Assembly: GCA_051866635.1 (NCBI GenBank)
Contig: JBJDXJ010000046.1
Location: forward strand, 1 to 64,000
Length of the DNA stretch: 64,000 bases
Direction of reading: 5' to 3'
From: Clostridia bacterium
Lineage (GTDB): Bacteria; Bacillota; Clostridia; UMGS1883
Shown: positions 20,482-31,027 of the stretch, one piece after another
Position numbering within the stretch: the stretch's first letter is position 1
How the letters are laid out: every line of letters begins with the position of its first letter
Made by a program: the position numbers and the translations under genes
Notes under the pieces: model-generated
Told to the model about the DNA's origin: nothing
The model's input: the letters and a program-made list of their open reading frames with translations, nothing else
Databases searched by the model: none

Positions 20482-22434
20482 ATGGCAAACAGATTTTTAC
20501 CTATTACAAAAGAAGATATGAATAATTTAGGGTGGGACTATTATGACTTTCTATTCATAAGTGCAGATGCCTATGTTGACCACCCCTCTTTTGGTGTTGC
20601 CATATTATCAAGGTTACTTGAAAAAGAGGGCTACAGGGTGTGCATACTTCCCCAGCCCGACTATAAATCCACAAAGGACTTTTTAAAGTTCGGCAGACCC
20701 AGATTAGGTGTTTTGATTTCAGGCGGCGTTATTGACTCCATGGTAAACCACTACACCGCCGCTAAAAAACGCCGCAGTGAGGATGTGTACTCCCCCGGGG
20801 GCAAATCCGGGTTCCGTCCTGACAGGGCAACTATTGTTTACGCGAACCGTGTCCGTGAAGCCTTTGGTAAAATACCCATGATTATCGGCGGTACGGAGGC
20901 AAGCCTCAGGCGTTTTGCCCACTATGACTATTGGTCAGACTCTGTCAGACGAAGTATTATTTTTGACTCACAGGCAGACTTTATTTCTTATGGCATGGGC
21001 GAAAGAAGCATTATTGAGCTGGCAAATATGCTTGCGGAGGATGTTTCTCCCCATCAGGGCAATATACCAAGGGGCGTTTGCTATGTTTCGGACCAACTTC
21101 CCAAGGGTGCAGTGGAATTGCCTTCCTTTGAAGAAGTTAAAGAAGATAAAAAGGCTTACGCATTAGCCACTAAAATTGAATATGAAGAACAGGACCCTTA
21201 CCGTGGTAAAATTCTTGCACAAAAGCACGGTGACAAATATATTGTACAGATGCCCATGAGTTTGCCCCTTACAGAGGCTGAAATGGACAGGGTTTACGCT
21301 CTTCCCTACACAAGGGAGTATCATCCCTCTTATGAAAAGGACGGGGGAATCCCCGCAATAGAGGAAGTTAAATTTTCGGTAACTTCTTCACGTGGCTGTT
21401 TCGGTAGCTGCTCCTTCTGTGCAATAACATTTCATCAGGGCAGAATTGTTCAGGCAAGAAGTCACGCATCTATTTTAAATGAAGTAGAAAACATGACATG
21501 GATGCCCGATTTCAAAGGCTACATCCACGATGTTGGCGGTCCTACCGCAAATTTTCGCTTTCCTTCATGCAGTAAGCAGATGAAAGTGGGTACATGTAAG
21601 GAAAAGCAATGCCTTTATCCGGATGTTTGCAAAAACGCCAAGGTTGACCACAGTGACTACTTGGCACTACTAAGAAAAATACGTGCTGTGGACAAGGTTA
21701 AAAAGGTATTTGTAAGAAGCGGTATACGTTATGACTATTTAATAAAGGATGAAAACGACGAATTTTTCTATGAGCTTTGCAAGCACCATGTATCGGGGCA
21801 GTTAAAAGTTGCACCGGAGCATGTTTCAAGTAAGGTTTTATCCTATATGGGTAAGCCCGGGCTTAATGTTTATCAGAAGTTCTGTGATAAATTCGACAAA
21901 ATAAACAAAGAAATCGGCAAGGAGCAGTATCTTGTTCCCTACCTTATGTCCTCCCATCCGGGAAGTACATTAAATGAAGCAATTGAGCTTGCACTATATT
22001 TAAAGCGGAATAATATCCGCCCACAACAGGTACAGGATTTTTACCCCACACCGGGAACACTTTCAACTGCAATGTTTTACACAGGGCTTGACCCAAGGAC
22101 AATGAAAAGTGTATATGTTCCCAGAACATACGAAGAAAAGGCAATGCAACGTGCACTTTTACAAGCATCCAGACCTGAAAACTATCAGCTTGTGAAAAAA
22201 GCACTTATAGAGGCAGGCAGACGTGACCTTATAGGTTTCGGTCCCGACTGTCTTATAAAACCCGAAAGGAGAGATTTTAAAAATGGCAATGATACTGGAC
22301 GGAAAAGCGTTGTCCGCCAAAATAAAACAGCAAATCAAAGAGGAAGCAGCAACACTCAAAGAAAAGGGCGTAACACCGGCTCTGGCAGTAATAATCGTGG
22401 GGGACAATCCCGCAAGCAGGGTATACGTAAATAA
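20482..22434 (+). CDS. ygiQ: YgiQ (UPF0313) family radical SAM protein
   Basis: [41 protein letters not shown]. Confidence 0.92.
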   Translation: MANRFLPITKEDMNNLGWDYYDFLFISADAYVDHPSFGVAILSRLLEKEGYRVCILPQPDYKSTKDFLKFGRPRLGVLISGGVIDSMVNHYTAAKKRRSEDVYSPGGKSGFRPDRATIVYANRVREAFGKIPMIIGGTEASLRRFAHYDYWSDSVRRSIIFDSQADFISYGMGERSIIELANMLAEDVSPHQGNIPRGVCYVSDQLPKGAVELPSFEEVKEDKKAYALATKIEYEEQDPYRGKILAQKHGDKYIVQMPMSLPLTEAEMDRVYALPYTREYHPSYEKDGGIPAIEEVKFSVTSSRGCFGSCSFCAITFHQGRIVQARSHASILNEVENMTWMPDFKGYIHDVGGPTANFRFPSCSKQMKVGTCKEKQCLYPDVCKNAKVDHSDYLALLRKIRAVDKVKKVFVRSGIRYDYLIKDENDEFFYELCKHHVSGQLKVAPEHVSSKVLSYMGKPGLNVYQKFCDKFDKINKEIGKEQYLVPYLMSSHPGSTLNEAIELALYLKRNNIRPQQVQDFYPTPGTLSTAMFYTGLDPRTMKSVYVPRTYEEKAMQRALLQASRPENYQLVKKALIEAGRRDLIGFGPDCLIKPERRDFKNGNDTGRKSVVRQNKTANQRGSSNTQRKGRNTGSGSNNRGGQSRKQGIRK

Positions 22435-23134
22435 TAAGAAAAAAGCCTGTGAAGAATGTGGCTTTATATCTGAAGAATATGCACTTAGTGAAGATACAAC
22501 AGAAAAGGAGCTTTTAGATTTAATTTCAACACTTAATAGCAGAAGTGATATTGACGGCATCCTTTGTCAGCTTCCTCTTCCCTCTCACATTGACGAGGAA
22601 AAGGTTTTGCTTTCCATTGATTACACAAAGGATGTGGACGCATTTCATCCTGTAAATGTCGGCAAAATCATGATAGGTAATTTTGACTTTCTCCCTTGTA
22701 CACCTGCAGGTGTTATGGAGCTTATTAACCTTACGGGGATAGAAGTTTCAGGCAAGGAATGTGTTGTTATCGGCAGAAGTAACATCGTTGGCAAGCCCAT
22801 GTCAATGCTTTTATTGCACAAAAACGGCACCGTTACGGTATGCCATTCAAAAACAAAGGATTTGGCAGCTGTTACCCGTCGTGCCGATATTTTAGTAGCC
22901 GCAGTAGGCAAGGCAAAATTTGTTACGGCAGATATGGTTAAGGAGGGTGCCGTTGTAATTGACGTAGGAATGAACCGTGTTGACGGAAAACTTTGCGGTG
23001 ATGTTGACTTTGAAAAGGTTTCCACTGTTGCTTCCGCAATCACCCCCGTTCCCGGTGGTGTGGGACCCATGACAATCGCAATGCTTATGAAAAACACAAT
23101 TAAAGCAGCTAAACTGCACAACTCAATAGATTAA
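22283..23134 (+). CDS. folD: Methylenetetrahydrofolate dehydrogenase/cyclohydrolase
   Basis: [41 protein letters not shown]; GAAAGGAG RBS inside ygiQ. Confidence 0.97.
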   Translation: MAMILDGKALSAKIKQQIKEEAATLKEKGVTPALAVIIVGDNPASRVYVNNKKKACEECGFISEEYALSEDTTEKELLDLISTLNSRSDIDGILCQLPLPSHIDEEKVLLSIDYTKDVDAFHPVNVGKIMIGNFDFLPCTPAGVMELINLTGIEVSGKECVVIGRSNIVGKPMSMLLLHKNGTVTVCHSKTKDLAAVTRRADILVAAVGKAKFVTADMVKEGAVVIDVGMNRVDGKLCGDVDFEKVSTVASAITPVPGGVGPMTIAMLMKNTIKAAKLHNSID

Positions 23135-23149
23135 GGGAGGGTTATAAAA

Positions 23150-24484
23150 ATGAAAAAAATACTATCAATACTTATAGCACTATGTATATGCCTTTCTGCT
23201 ATGCCTGCATTTGCGGAAACTTACATCAGCGTTGACAGCCTTGAATATGACGAATATATGTATGAGGAAACCGTTTGTATTTACGGCAATTCAAACGTGT
23301 ATGTTGTTGTAAGCCTTTACTACCCCGAAGAATTCGGAGGTGAGGCAAAATATATAATGACCTATTCTCCCGAGGAGCTTCGTGAAGGCATTGAAATACA
23401 GCTTGGTGAAAACACACCCCTTTGGCCCGAAGGACTTTGGACAATAACTGTTCAGTCAGGCGAAGCTATAGAATATTTGGAATTTTATCTTACGGAATTT
23501 GCTGACAGAACAGAAGAACCCGATGATGACAAAACAGAAGAACCTGACAACCCCGGCAGTTCAGATGGCGGCAATTCAAAGCCATCAACAAAGCCTTCAG
23601 GCGGAAATGGTGCAACGGTTACTTCCATTGTTCCCGATAAAACCTCTGTTACACTTTCTGTTTCCGATACAGAAAAGGTAAATATCACGTCAACCTCCTC
23701 TTTAACACTGGAAGTTGAAAATAAGGATGTTGTATCAGCTTCGCTTTCGGGAAAGACATTGACAATTACAGGACTAAAACGCGGCACAAGCCAGATTTGG
23801 GTAAAATCAGGCGGAAATTACGCCTCCATTAACGTAACGGTTACGGAAAGTGAAGTCCCCACAGAAGAACCTACAGATACTCCTACAGAAGCCCCCACAG
23901 AGGAGCCAACAGAGGAGCCAACAGAAGAAACCACAGAGGTTGTAAACCCCTTTAACGACATTGAAAATCACTGGGCTAAGGAAAGCATCCTTACTTTGTA
24001 CCAAAAGAACATTATCAACGGTATGGATGAAGATACATTTGCTCCTGACGATTTTGTTACACGTGCACAGTTTGTAACAATGCTTTACAAGGCATTTAAC
24101 TTACCTTGCAAAACCACAACATCACCCTTTAATGATGTAGAAGGAGACGACTGGTATTTCACTTATGTAATGGCGGCATTTGACAACGGTATTACAACAG
24201 GCGACACGGAGGGCAATTTCAATCCTTCAAGCCTTGTTACAAGACAGGATATGGCTGTTTTTGCACACAGGACAATATCACTGTACGGAAAATCATTGCC
24301 TCTCTCACCTGATTTCAAGGTATTTGACGACCATGATATGATTAAGGATTACGCCCTTGAGGCAGTATATTCCATGAAACAGATGGGAATTATCAACGGT
24401 ATGACAGAGGTAACCTTTGAACCCCTGGGAAATGCCACACGTGCACAGGCGGCACATATTATAGCAAAGCTTTTAGAATTATAA
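23150..24484 (+). CDS. Secreted S-layer homology protein with Ig-like domain and PTEE linker
   Basis: Signal peptide; PTEEPT repeats (~23857-23938); three SLH repeats (TRAQF, TRQDM, TRAQA). Confidence 0.88.
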   Translation: MKKILSILIALCICLSAMPAFAETYISVDSLEYDEYMYEETVCIYGNSNVYVVVSLYYPEEFGGEAKYIMTYSPEELREGIEIQLGENTPLWPEGLWTITVQSGEAIEYLEFYLTEFADRTEEPDDDKTEEPDNPGSSDGGNSKPSTKPSGGNGATVTSIVPDKTSVTLSVSDTEKVNITSTSSLTLEVENKDVVSASLSGKTLTITGLKRGTSQIWVKSGGNYASINVTVTESEVPTEEPTDTPTEAPTEEPTEEPTEETTEVVNPFNDIENHWAKESILTLYQKNIINGMDEDTFAPDDFVTRAQFVTMLYKAFNLPCKTTTSPFNDVEGDDWYFTYVMAAFDNGITTGDTEGNFNPSSLVTRQDMAVFAHRTISLYGKSLPLSPDFKVFDDHDMIKDYALEAVYSMKQMGIINGMTEVTFEPLGNATRAQAAHIIAKLLEL

Positions 24485-24518
24485 TTAACTATATATAAAA
24501 ACTTAGGAGGAAACAAAT

Positions 24519-27500
24519 ATGCTTCGTATTTTTGTAGAAAAGAAGCCCGGTTACGATGTTGAAGCCCGTGGTTTGCTCAGCGACCTTCGTGAAAACCTGG
24601 CAATGGACAACCTTAAAAATGTCCGCATTGTAAACCGTTACGACATTGAAGGAATTTCTGATGAGGAATACAGGGCGGCAAAGCCTTTGGTTTTTTCCGA
24701 ACCTCCCGTAGATTTTGCCTACGATGAACACCTTACTGTATCCGATGACGAAACTGTTATTGCAACAGAATTTCTCCCCGGTCAGTATGACCAGAGAGCA
24801 GACTCTGCGGCAGTTTGTATACAGATTCTCACTCAGGGCGTTAAGCCCACTGTAAGGGTTGCAAAACTGGTTATCTTAAAGGGTGACCTTACAGAAAATG
24901 ATAAGGAAAAGGTTACAAAGTACTATGTAAACCCTGTTGATTCACGTGTTGCAAAACTTGAAAAGCCCGCTTCCTTAATTGAAGAAGCGGCTGTTCCCGA
25001 TGATGTTAAGACAGTTACAGGCTTTATAAATGCTGACGATGATGCACTTTCCGCACTGGCAAAGGAAATGGGCTTTGCCATGGATATGGGCGATTTGAAG
25101 TTCTGTCAGGCTTACTTCCGGGACGAAGAAAAGCGTGACCCCTCTTACACAGAAATGCGTGTAATTGATACATATTGGTCCGACCACTGCCGTCACACAA
25201 CATTCTCCACAATTATTGACAATGTTGAAATCGAAGACGGTTTTACAGCACTTAAGGACTCCTTTGATGCATATATCGCATCCAGGGAAAAGCTTTATGT
25301 AAATAAGAAGAAAAACCTCTGTCTTATGGATATGGCAACTATTGCAGTTAAAGACCTTAAGAGCCGCGGTATGTTAAAGGAAATTGACGAATCCGAAGAA
25401 ATCAACGCATGTTCTATTGTAGTTGAAGCTGACGTTGACGGGAAAAAAGAAGATTGGCTTCTTATGTTCAAGAACGAAACACATAACCACCCCACCGAAA
25501 TTGAACCCTTCGGTGGTGCGGCAACATGTCTTGGCGGTGCTATCCGTGACCCCCTTTCAGGCAGAAGCTACGTATATCAGGCAATGCGTGTAACAGGTGC
25601 ATCTGACCCCAATGTTCCCGTAAGTGAAACACTTCCCGGTAAGCTTCCTCAGAAAAAACTTACACGTACTGCTGCCGCAGGCTATTCCTCCTACGGTAAC
25701 CAGATTGGTCTTGCAACAGGTCAGGTAAACGAAGTTTACCATCCCGGTTATGTTGCAAAGAGAATGGAAATCGGTGCAGTTATAGGTGCCACACCCAAGT
25801 CAAACGTTGTTCGTGAAGTACCCAAAGAAGGGGATGTTATCATCCTTTTAGGCGGTAAAACAGGAAGAGACGGCTGTGGCGGTGCAACAGGAAGCAGTAA
25901 AGCTCATACAGAATCCAGTATTGAAACATGCGGTGCAGAAGTTCAGAAGGGTAATCCCCCGGAGGAGCGAAAAATTCAGCGTCTTTTCCGCAACAGTGAA
26001 TTGACACGCATGATTAAGCGTTGTAACGACTTTGGTGCAGGCGGTGTATCAGTTGCAATCGGTGAGCTCAGTGACGGCTTGGTAATTAACCTTGACGCTG
26101 TTCCCAAAAAGTACGACGGTCTTGACGGTACAGAGCTTGCCATAAGTGAAAGCCAGGAAAGAATGGCAGTTGTAGTTTCCCCCGAAAATGTTGAAAAGTT
26201 CATGGCGTTTGCATCTGAAGAAAACCTTGAATCAACCTGTGTTGCAACAGTTACAAGTGATAACCGCCTTACAATGAACTGGCGTGGTAAAACAATCGTT
26301 TCCATCAGCCGTGACTTTTTGAACACAAACGGTGCCGAAAAACATGCCGATGTAAAGGTTGTAAAGCCTCAGGGTAACCTTTTTGAAAAGAAAGAAGTAA
26401 GTGATATTAAATCCGAATGGTTAAAAACTGTTTCCGATTTGAACGTATGTAGCCAGAAGGGTCTTGTGGAACGCTTTGACTCCTCTATCGGCGGTGCAAC
26501 AGTTCTTATGCCCTACGGTGGCAAGACTCAGCTCACACCTGTAGACGGTATGGCGGCAAAACTTCCCGTAATGAGTGGCAAAACAACTACAGCATCCCTG
26601 ATGGCATATGGCTTTAACCCCATTCTTTCTTCCAAGTCACCTTATCACGGTGCCCTTTATGCAGTAGTTGAATCCGTTGCAAAAATTGTTGCATTAGGCG
26701 GTGATCACAAGACTGTTTACCTTACATTCCAGGAATACTTTGAAAGACTTCGTGATGATGCTACACGTTGGGGCAAGCCCTTCAGTGCACTTTTAGGTGC
26801 ATATACGGCACAGATGAAATTAGGCTTAGGTGCAATCGGTGGCAAGGACTCAATGAGTGGTTCCTTCGATGAATTGGACGTTCCTCCCACACTTGTATCC
26901 TTCGCTGTAACGGTAGAACATACAGATAATATTATTTCTCCCGAATTCAAAAACCCGGGCAATAAGCTTGTTCTTCTGCCACTTACAATTAATTCTGACG
27001 GTGTTTGTGACTTTGACAAGCTCCACGAAACATATTCTCTTGTTCACCGTGCAATTGTTGACAAGAAGGTTCTTTCCGCATCTGTAATCAAGGCAGGGGG
27101 CGTATGTGAAGCAGTAAGTAAGATGTCATTCGGCAATATGATTGGTGCCCATCTTGAATGTGACAATTCCCTTCTCTTCTCCCTTCTTCCCGGTGCAATT
27201 TTGGTTGAAACAACAGATGCATCTGTATTTGAAGGCGTTTCAAACATTGTAATCGGTGAAACAACAAAAGAAGAAACTATTGTTGCAAACGGTGTTGAAA
27301 TGTCAATTTCCGAAATTCTTTCTTCTTGGACAAAGACACTTGAAAAAACATTCCCCACAAAGGCAAAGGAAGAAACAACACCTATTGTTGACTATGCTTA
27401 CACAAAGAGAAATATCCACGTCGCAAAGAATAAGGTTGCAAAGCCCATGGTATTTATTCCAGTATTCCCCGGCACAAACTGTGAATACGATTCCGCACGT

Positions 27501-28238
27501 GCCTTTATCAATGCCGGTGCAGAAGTTGATGTGTGCGTTTTCCGTAACCTTACTATGAACTGCGTTACCGAGTCACTTCGTGAATTTGCAAAGAGAATTG
27601 ACCAAAGCCAGATAATTATGTTCCCCGGCGGTTTCTCAGGCGGTGACGAACCTGACGGAAGTGGCAAGTTCATTGCAACAGCTTTCAGAAATCAGCTTGT
27701 AAAAGAAGCTACAATGAACCTTCTTAAGAACCGTGACGGTCTTATTTTAGGTATCTGTAACGGTTTCCAGGCTATTATAAAATTGGGTCTTGTACCTTAC
27801 GGTGAAATCAGGGATATGGACGACAATTCACCTACACTTACATTCAACAACATAGGCCGTCATGCTTCCTGTATGAGCTACACCAAGGTTGTAAGTACAC
27901 TTTCACCCTGGTTCAGTGAATCAGAAGTAGGCGATATCCACGCTGTGCCCATTTCCCACGGTGAAGGCAGATTTGTGGCACCTGAAGCGGTTCTTAAAAA
28001 GATGATTGAACAAGGTCAGGTTGCAACAAGATATGTTGATTTAAACGGAAATCCCACACATGACATTCACTTTAACCCCAACGGCTCCTTTGATGCCATT
28101 GAAGGTATTACATCACCTGACGGTCGCGTTTTAGGTAAGATGGCACACAGTGAACGTATGGGCGATGCCGTTTCCAAGAACATCCCCTTCCAAAAAGACC
28201 AGAAGATTTTTGTATCAGGCGTTAACTACTTTAAATAA
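24519..28238 (+). CDS. purL: Phosphoribosylformylglycinamidine synthase, fused large type
   Basis: YWSDHCRH, KNETHNHPT, DFGAGG, SESQERM, PGTNCE, GICNGFQ, MAHSER. Confidence 0.96.
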   Translation: MLRIFVEKKPGYDVEARGLLSDLRENLAMDNLKNVRIVNRYDIEGISDEEYRAAKPLVFSEPPVDFAYDEHLTVSDDETVIATEFLPGQYDQRADSAAVCIQILTQGVKPTVRVAKLVILKGDLTENDKEKVTKYYVNPVDSRVAKLEKPASLIEEAAVPDDVKTVTGFINADDDALSALAKEMGFAMDMGDLKFCQAYFRDEEKRDPSYTEMRVIDTYWSDHCRHTTFSTIIDNVEIEDGFTALKDSFDAYIASREKLYVNKKKNLCLMDMATIAVKDLKSRGMLKEIDESEEINACSIVVEADVDGKKEDWLLMFKNETHNHPTEIEPFGGAATCLGGAIRDPLSGRSYVYQAMRVTGASDPNVPVSETLPGKLPQKKLTRTAAAGYSSYGNQIGLATGQVNEVYHPGYVAKRMEIGAVIGATPKSNVVREVPKEGDVIILLGGKTGRDGCGGATGSSKAHTESSIETCGAEVQKGNPPEERKIQRLFRNSELTRMIKRCNDFGAGGVSVAIGELSDGLVINLDAVPKKYDGLDGTELAISESQERMAVVVSPENVEKFMAFASEENLESTCVATVTSDNRLTMNWRGKTIVSISRDFLNTNGAEKHADVKVVKPQGNLFEKKEVSDIKSEWLKTVSDLNVCSQKGLVERFDSSIGGATVLMPYGGKTQLTPVDGMAAKLPVMSGKTTTASLMAYGFNPILSSKSPYHGALYAVVESVAKIVALGGDHKTVYLTFQEYFERLRDDATRWGKPFSALLGAYTAQMKLGLGAIGGKDSMSGSFDELDVPPTLVSFAVTVEHTDNIISPEFKNPGNKLVLLPLTINSDGVCDFDKLHETYSLVHRAIVDKKVLSASVIKAGGVCEAVSKMSFGNMIGAHLECDNSLLFSLLPGAILVETTDASVFEGVSNIVIGETTKEETIVANGVEMSISEILSSWTKTLEKTFPTKAKEETTPIVDYAYTKRNIHVAKNKVAKPMVFIPVFPGTNCEYDSARAFINAGAEVDVCVFRNLTMNCVTESLREFAKRIDQSQIIMFPGGFSGGDEPDGSGKFIATAFRNQLVKEATMNLLKNRDGLILGICNGFQAIIKLGLVPYGEIRDMDDNSPTLTFNNIGRHASCMSYTKVVSTLSPWFSESEVGDIHAVPISHGEGRFVAPEAVLKKMIEQGQVATRYVDLNGNPTHDIHFNPNGSFDAIEGITSPDGRVLGKMAHSERMGDAVSKNIPFQKDQKIFVSGVNYFK

Positions 28239-28304
28239 TAGTCAATACAACTAATAATAACCACAAAATTTTATCTTTTTTAGATAAAATATCTAAAAAT
28301 AACA

Positions 28305-28333
28305 TTGACTATTTTTAAAACATATACTATAAT
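28305..28333 (+). promoter_or_regulatory. Sigma-A promoter of serC-serA
   Basis: TTGACT-17 nt-TATAAT. Confidence 0.7.
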
Positions 28334-28419
28334 AACGTAAATAGACTTTTGTCTTGCCGAATGCACCTCATGTCTATGGGGTGCATTTTGCATTTCAAAC
28401 AATTGAAAGGTAGTGTTAA

Positions 28420-29502
28420 ATGATGGAAAGAGTGTATAACTTTTCCGCAGGTCCTTCCCAGCTTCCTTTATCTGTATTGGAAGAAGCACAGAAGGATTTA
28501 GTAAATTACAAAGGTACAGGCATGTCCGTAATGGAAATGAGCCACCGTTCCAAGGATTATGAAGCAATAATTTACGGAGCAGAAGAGCTTATCCGTTCTA
28601 TTATGAATATTCCTGAAAGCTATGAAGTTCTGTTCCTTCAGGGCGGTGCTTCCACACAGTTTGCAATGGTTCCCTTGAACCTGTTTAAGAACAAAAAGGC
28701 TGATTTTGTTATAACAGGTCAGTGGGCTAAAAAAGCCGCACAGGAAGCAGGCAAGTTTGGTGTTGCAAATGTTGTTGCATCCAGTGCCGATAAAACTTTC
28801 TCCTACATTCCCAAGCTTGACAAGTCCGCTTTCTCTCCCGATGCTGACTACTTCCACATTACACATAACAACACAATTTACGGCACAAAGTGGAATACAC
28901 TTCCCGAGGTTGGCGATATTCCCCTTGTTGCCGATATTTCTTCCGATATTATGAGCGAAGAATTGGACGTTACAAAGTTCGGTGTTCTCTATGCAGGTGC
29001 ACAGAAGAATGTGGGTCCCGCAGGCTTGACAATTGCAATTGTACGTAAGGACCTTATCGGTAACGAGCTTGATATTTGTCCGACAATGCTTTCTTACAAA
29101 ACTCATGCTGATGCAAGAAGCATGTACAACACACCTCCCTGCTTCTCTATTTACATTTCAAAGCTTGTTTTTGAATGGGTTCAGAGCATGGGCGGTATAA
29201 AAGAGCTTGAAAAGGTAAACCGTGCTAAGGCGGCTGTTTTATACGACTTTTTGGATTCTTCTTCCCTCTTTAAGGGCACAGTTGTAAAGGAAGACCGTTC
29301 CATTATGAACGTTCCCTTTGTTACAGGCAACGAAGAGCTTGACAAGAAGTTTGTAGCAGAAGCCAAAGAAGCAGGCTTTGTTAACCTTAAGGGTCACAGA
29401 ACAGTAGGCGGTATGCGTGCAAGTATTTACAACGCTATGCCTATGGAAGGTGTAAAGGCTCTTGTAGACTTTATGGCAAAATTTGAACAGAACAATAAGT
29501 AA
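28420..29502 (+). CDS. serC: Phosphoserine aminotransferase
   Basis: YNFSAGPS, EMSHRS, YAGAQKN.GPAG, YNTPP, KGHR.VGGMRASIYNA. Confidence 0.97.
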   Translation: MMERVYNFSAGPSQLPLSVLEEAQKDLVNYKGTGMSVMEMSHRSKDYEAIIYGAEELIRSIMNIPESYEVLFLQGGASTQFAMVPLNLFKNKKADFVITGQWAKKAAQEAGKFGVANVVASSADKTFSYIPKLDKSAFSPDADYFHITHNNTIYGTKWNTLPEVGDIPLVADISSDIMSEELDVTKFGVLYAGAQKNVGPAGLTIAIVRKDLIGNELDICPTMLSYKTHADARSMYNTPPCFSIYISKLVFEWVQSMGGIKELEKVNRAKAAVLYDFLDSSSLFKGTVVKEDRSIMNVPFVTGNEELDKKFVAEAKEAGFVNLKGHRTVGGMRASIYNAMPMEGVKALVDFMAKFEQNNK

Positions 29503-29516
29503 AAGAGGTTTTGGTA

Positions 29517-30674
29517 ATGTATAACATTTTAACTCTTAATAAGATTTCTCCTGTAGGTATTGCAAACTTTACAGATAACTACAAAGTGTCAGACAACATG
29601 GAAAATCCCGAAGGCATCCTTTTAAGGAGCTTTAAAATGCACGATATGGAATTGCCCGCATCTCTTCTGGCAGTTGCACGTTGCGGTGCCGGTGTTAATA
29701 ATATTCCCATTGACAAGTGCAGTGAAAAGGGTATTGTTGTTTTTAACACTCCCGGTGCTAACGCAAATGCTGTTAAGGAGCTTGTAATTGCATCGTTGTT
29801 CCTTTCCTCCCGTGATATTGTGGGCGGTTACAACTGGGCACAGACTTTAACAGAAAATGTTGCGGCGGCAGTTGAAAAGGGCAAGGGTCAGTTTGTAGGT
29901 CCCGAGCTTACAGGCAAAACATTAGGCGTTATAGGTCTTGGTGCAATCGGTGTATTGGTTGCAAACACAGCTACTGATTTAGGCATGAAGGTTTACGGCT
30001 ATGACCCCTTCCTTTCTGTCACAGGTGCCATGAGCCTTAAAACAACTGTTAAATATACTCAGTCTCTTGACGATATTTATGCAAATTGCGACTATATTAC
30101 AGTTCATGTACCGCTTAACGATTCAACACGCGGCATGATTAATGCACAGGCACTTGCAAAGTGCAAAGAGGGCGTAAGGATATTGAACCTTTCTCGTGCG
30201 GACCTTGTTGACTCTGCCGCGATTAAAGAAGCTCTTTTGTCAGGTAAGGTTAAAAAATATCTTACAGACTTCCCCACAGAAGAAACTGTAGGCGTTGAAA
30301 ATATTATTACACTTCCCCACTTAGGTGCTTCCACTCCTGAAGCAGAAGATAACTGTGCTGTAATGGCTACAATTCAGCTTATGGACTATATTGAAAACGG
30401 TAACATAAAGAACTCTGTTAACTTCCCCAACTGTCAACTTCCCGACAACGGAAAGGACAGAATTTGCGTACTTAACAAAAATGTTCCTGCCGCCATTGCC
30501 ACCATCACAGGTGTCATTGCTGAAAAGGGCATTAATATTGACCATATGGTTAATGCAAATAAGGGCGACAACGCTTATACACTTATCACCATTGACGGTA
30601 CTGCCGATGATAGTATAAAGGATGCTATCAGTGCAATTGACGGTGTAATCAGCGTAAGAATTATTAATAAGTAA
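29517..30674 (+). CDS. serA: D-3-phosphoglycerate dehydrogenase with C-terminal ACT-like domain
   Basis: GAGVNNI, NTPGANANAVKE, GLGAIG, PHLGAST.EAE; follows serC. Confidence 0.92.
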   Translation: MYNILTLNKISPVGIANFTDNYKVSDNMENPEGILLRSFKMHDMELPASLLAVARCGAGVNNIPIDKCSEKGIVVFNTPGANANAVKELVIASLFLSSRDIVGGYNWAQTLTENVAAAVEKGKGQFVGPELTGKTLGVIGLGAIGVLVANTATDLGMKVYGYDPFLSVTGAMSLKTTVKYTQSLDDIYANCDYITVHVPLNDSTRGMINAQALAKCKEGVRILNLSRADLVDSAAIKEALLSGKVKKYLTDFPTEETVGVENIITLPHLGASTPEAEDNCAVMATIQLMDYIENGNIKNSVNFPNCQLPDNGKDRICVLNKNVPAAIATITGVIAEKGINIDHMVNANKGDNAYTLITIDGTADDSIKDAISAIDGVISVRIINK

Positions 30675-30683
30675 ATATTTTTT

Positions 30684-30733
30684 AGCGGATTTGTTAATTT
30701 TTTGTTGACAAATCCGCTTTTTAATGTCATAAT
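30684..30733 (+). terminator. serA terminator overlapping the promoter of the riboswitch transcript
   Basis: AGCGGATTTGTTAA...TTGACAAATCCGCT + T tract; TTGACA (30705)-17 nt-CATAAT (30728) with extended TG. Confidence 0.75.
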
Positions 30734-30764
30734 AGAGGGGACATTTTAATAAAGGCTAAGTGAT

Positions 30765-30925
30765 GTGCACAGGAAATGGCATATGCCCCCGAAGGAGTAA
30801 CACTCTCAGGTGCCGCAAGGTGAGGACTGTGTGCTGATAGCAATCCGGAGAAGCTCGTTTTTACACGGGTGCCGAAGGTGCAAAATGCAGAAATGCTTAA
30901 TCTCTCAGGCAAAAGGACGGAATTT
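30765..30925 (+). ncRNA. Tandem glycine riboswitch
   Basis: Two aptamers, each GGA..CCGAAGG...CTCTCAGG...GGAC; upstream of an alanine/glycine:cation symporter. Confidence 0.9.
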
Positions 30926-31027
30926 TACTCATTTATAATGGGTTTATTTTGTTTTATTGTTTTGAGAGCTAAGCTTATCGCTTGGCTCTTATTTTGTTCT
31001 ATTTTATTTGTAAAGGGGTTTAGTAAA

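Noticed and set aside
23857-23938. Tandem 12 nt repeats
   Set aside because: Ordinary PTEE linker of a cell-surface protein
24485-24518. Purine or ZTP riboswitch before purL
   Set aside because: Intergenic space is only ~34 nt
30869-31027. N-terminal extension of the symporter in the ORF track
   Set aside because: Lies inside the glycine riboswitch; the ATG at 31028 has an RBS. Similar over-extended starts were trimmed for pgk, degV, ftsK, tsaD, mazE, dut, DUF975 and the BY-kinase
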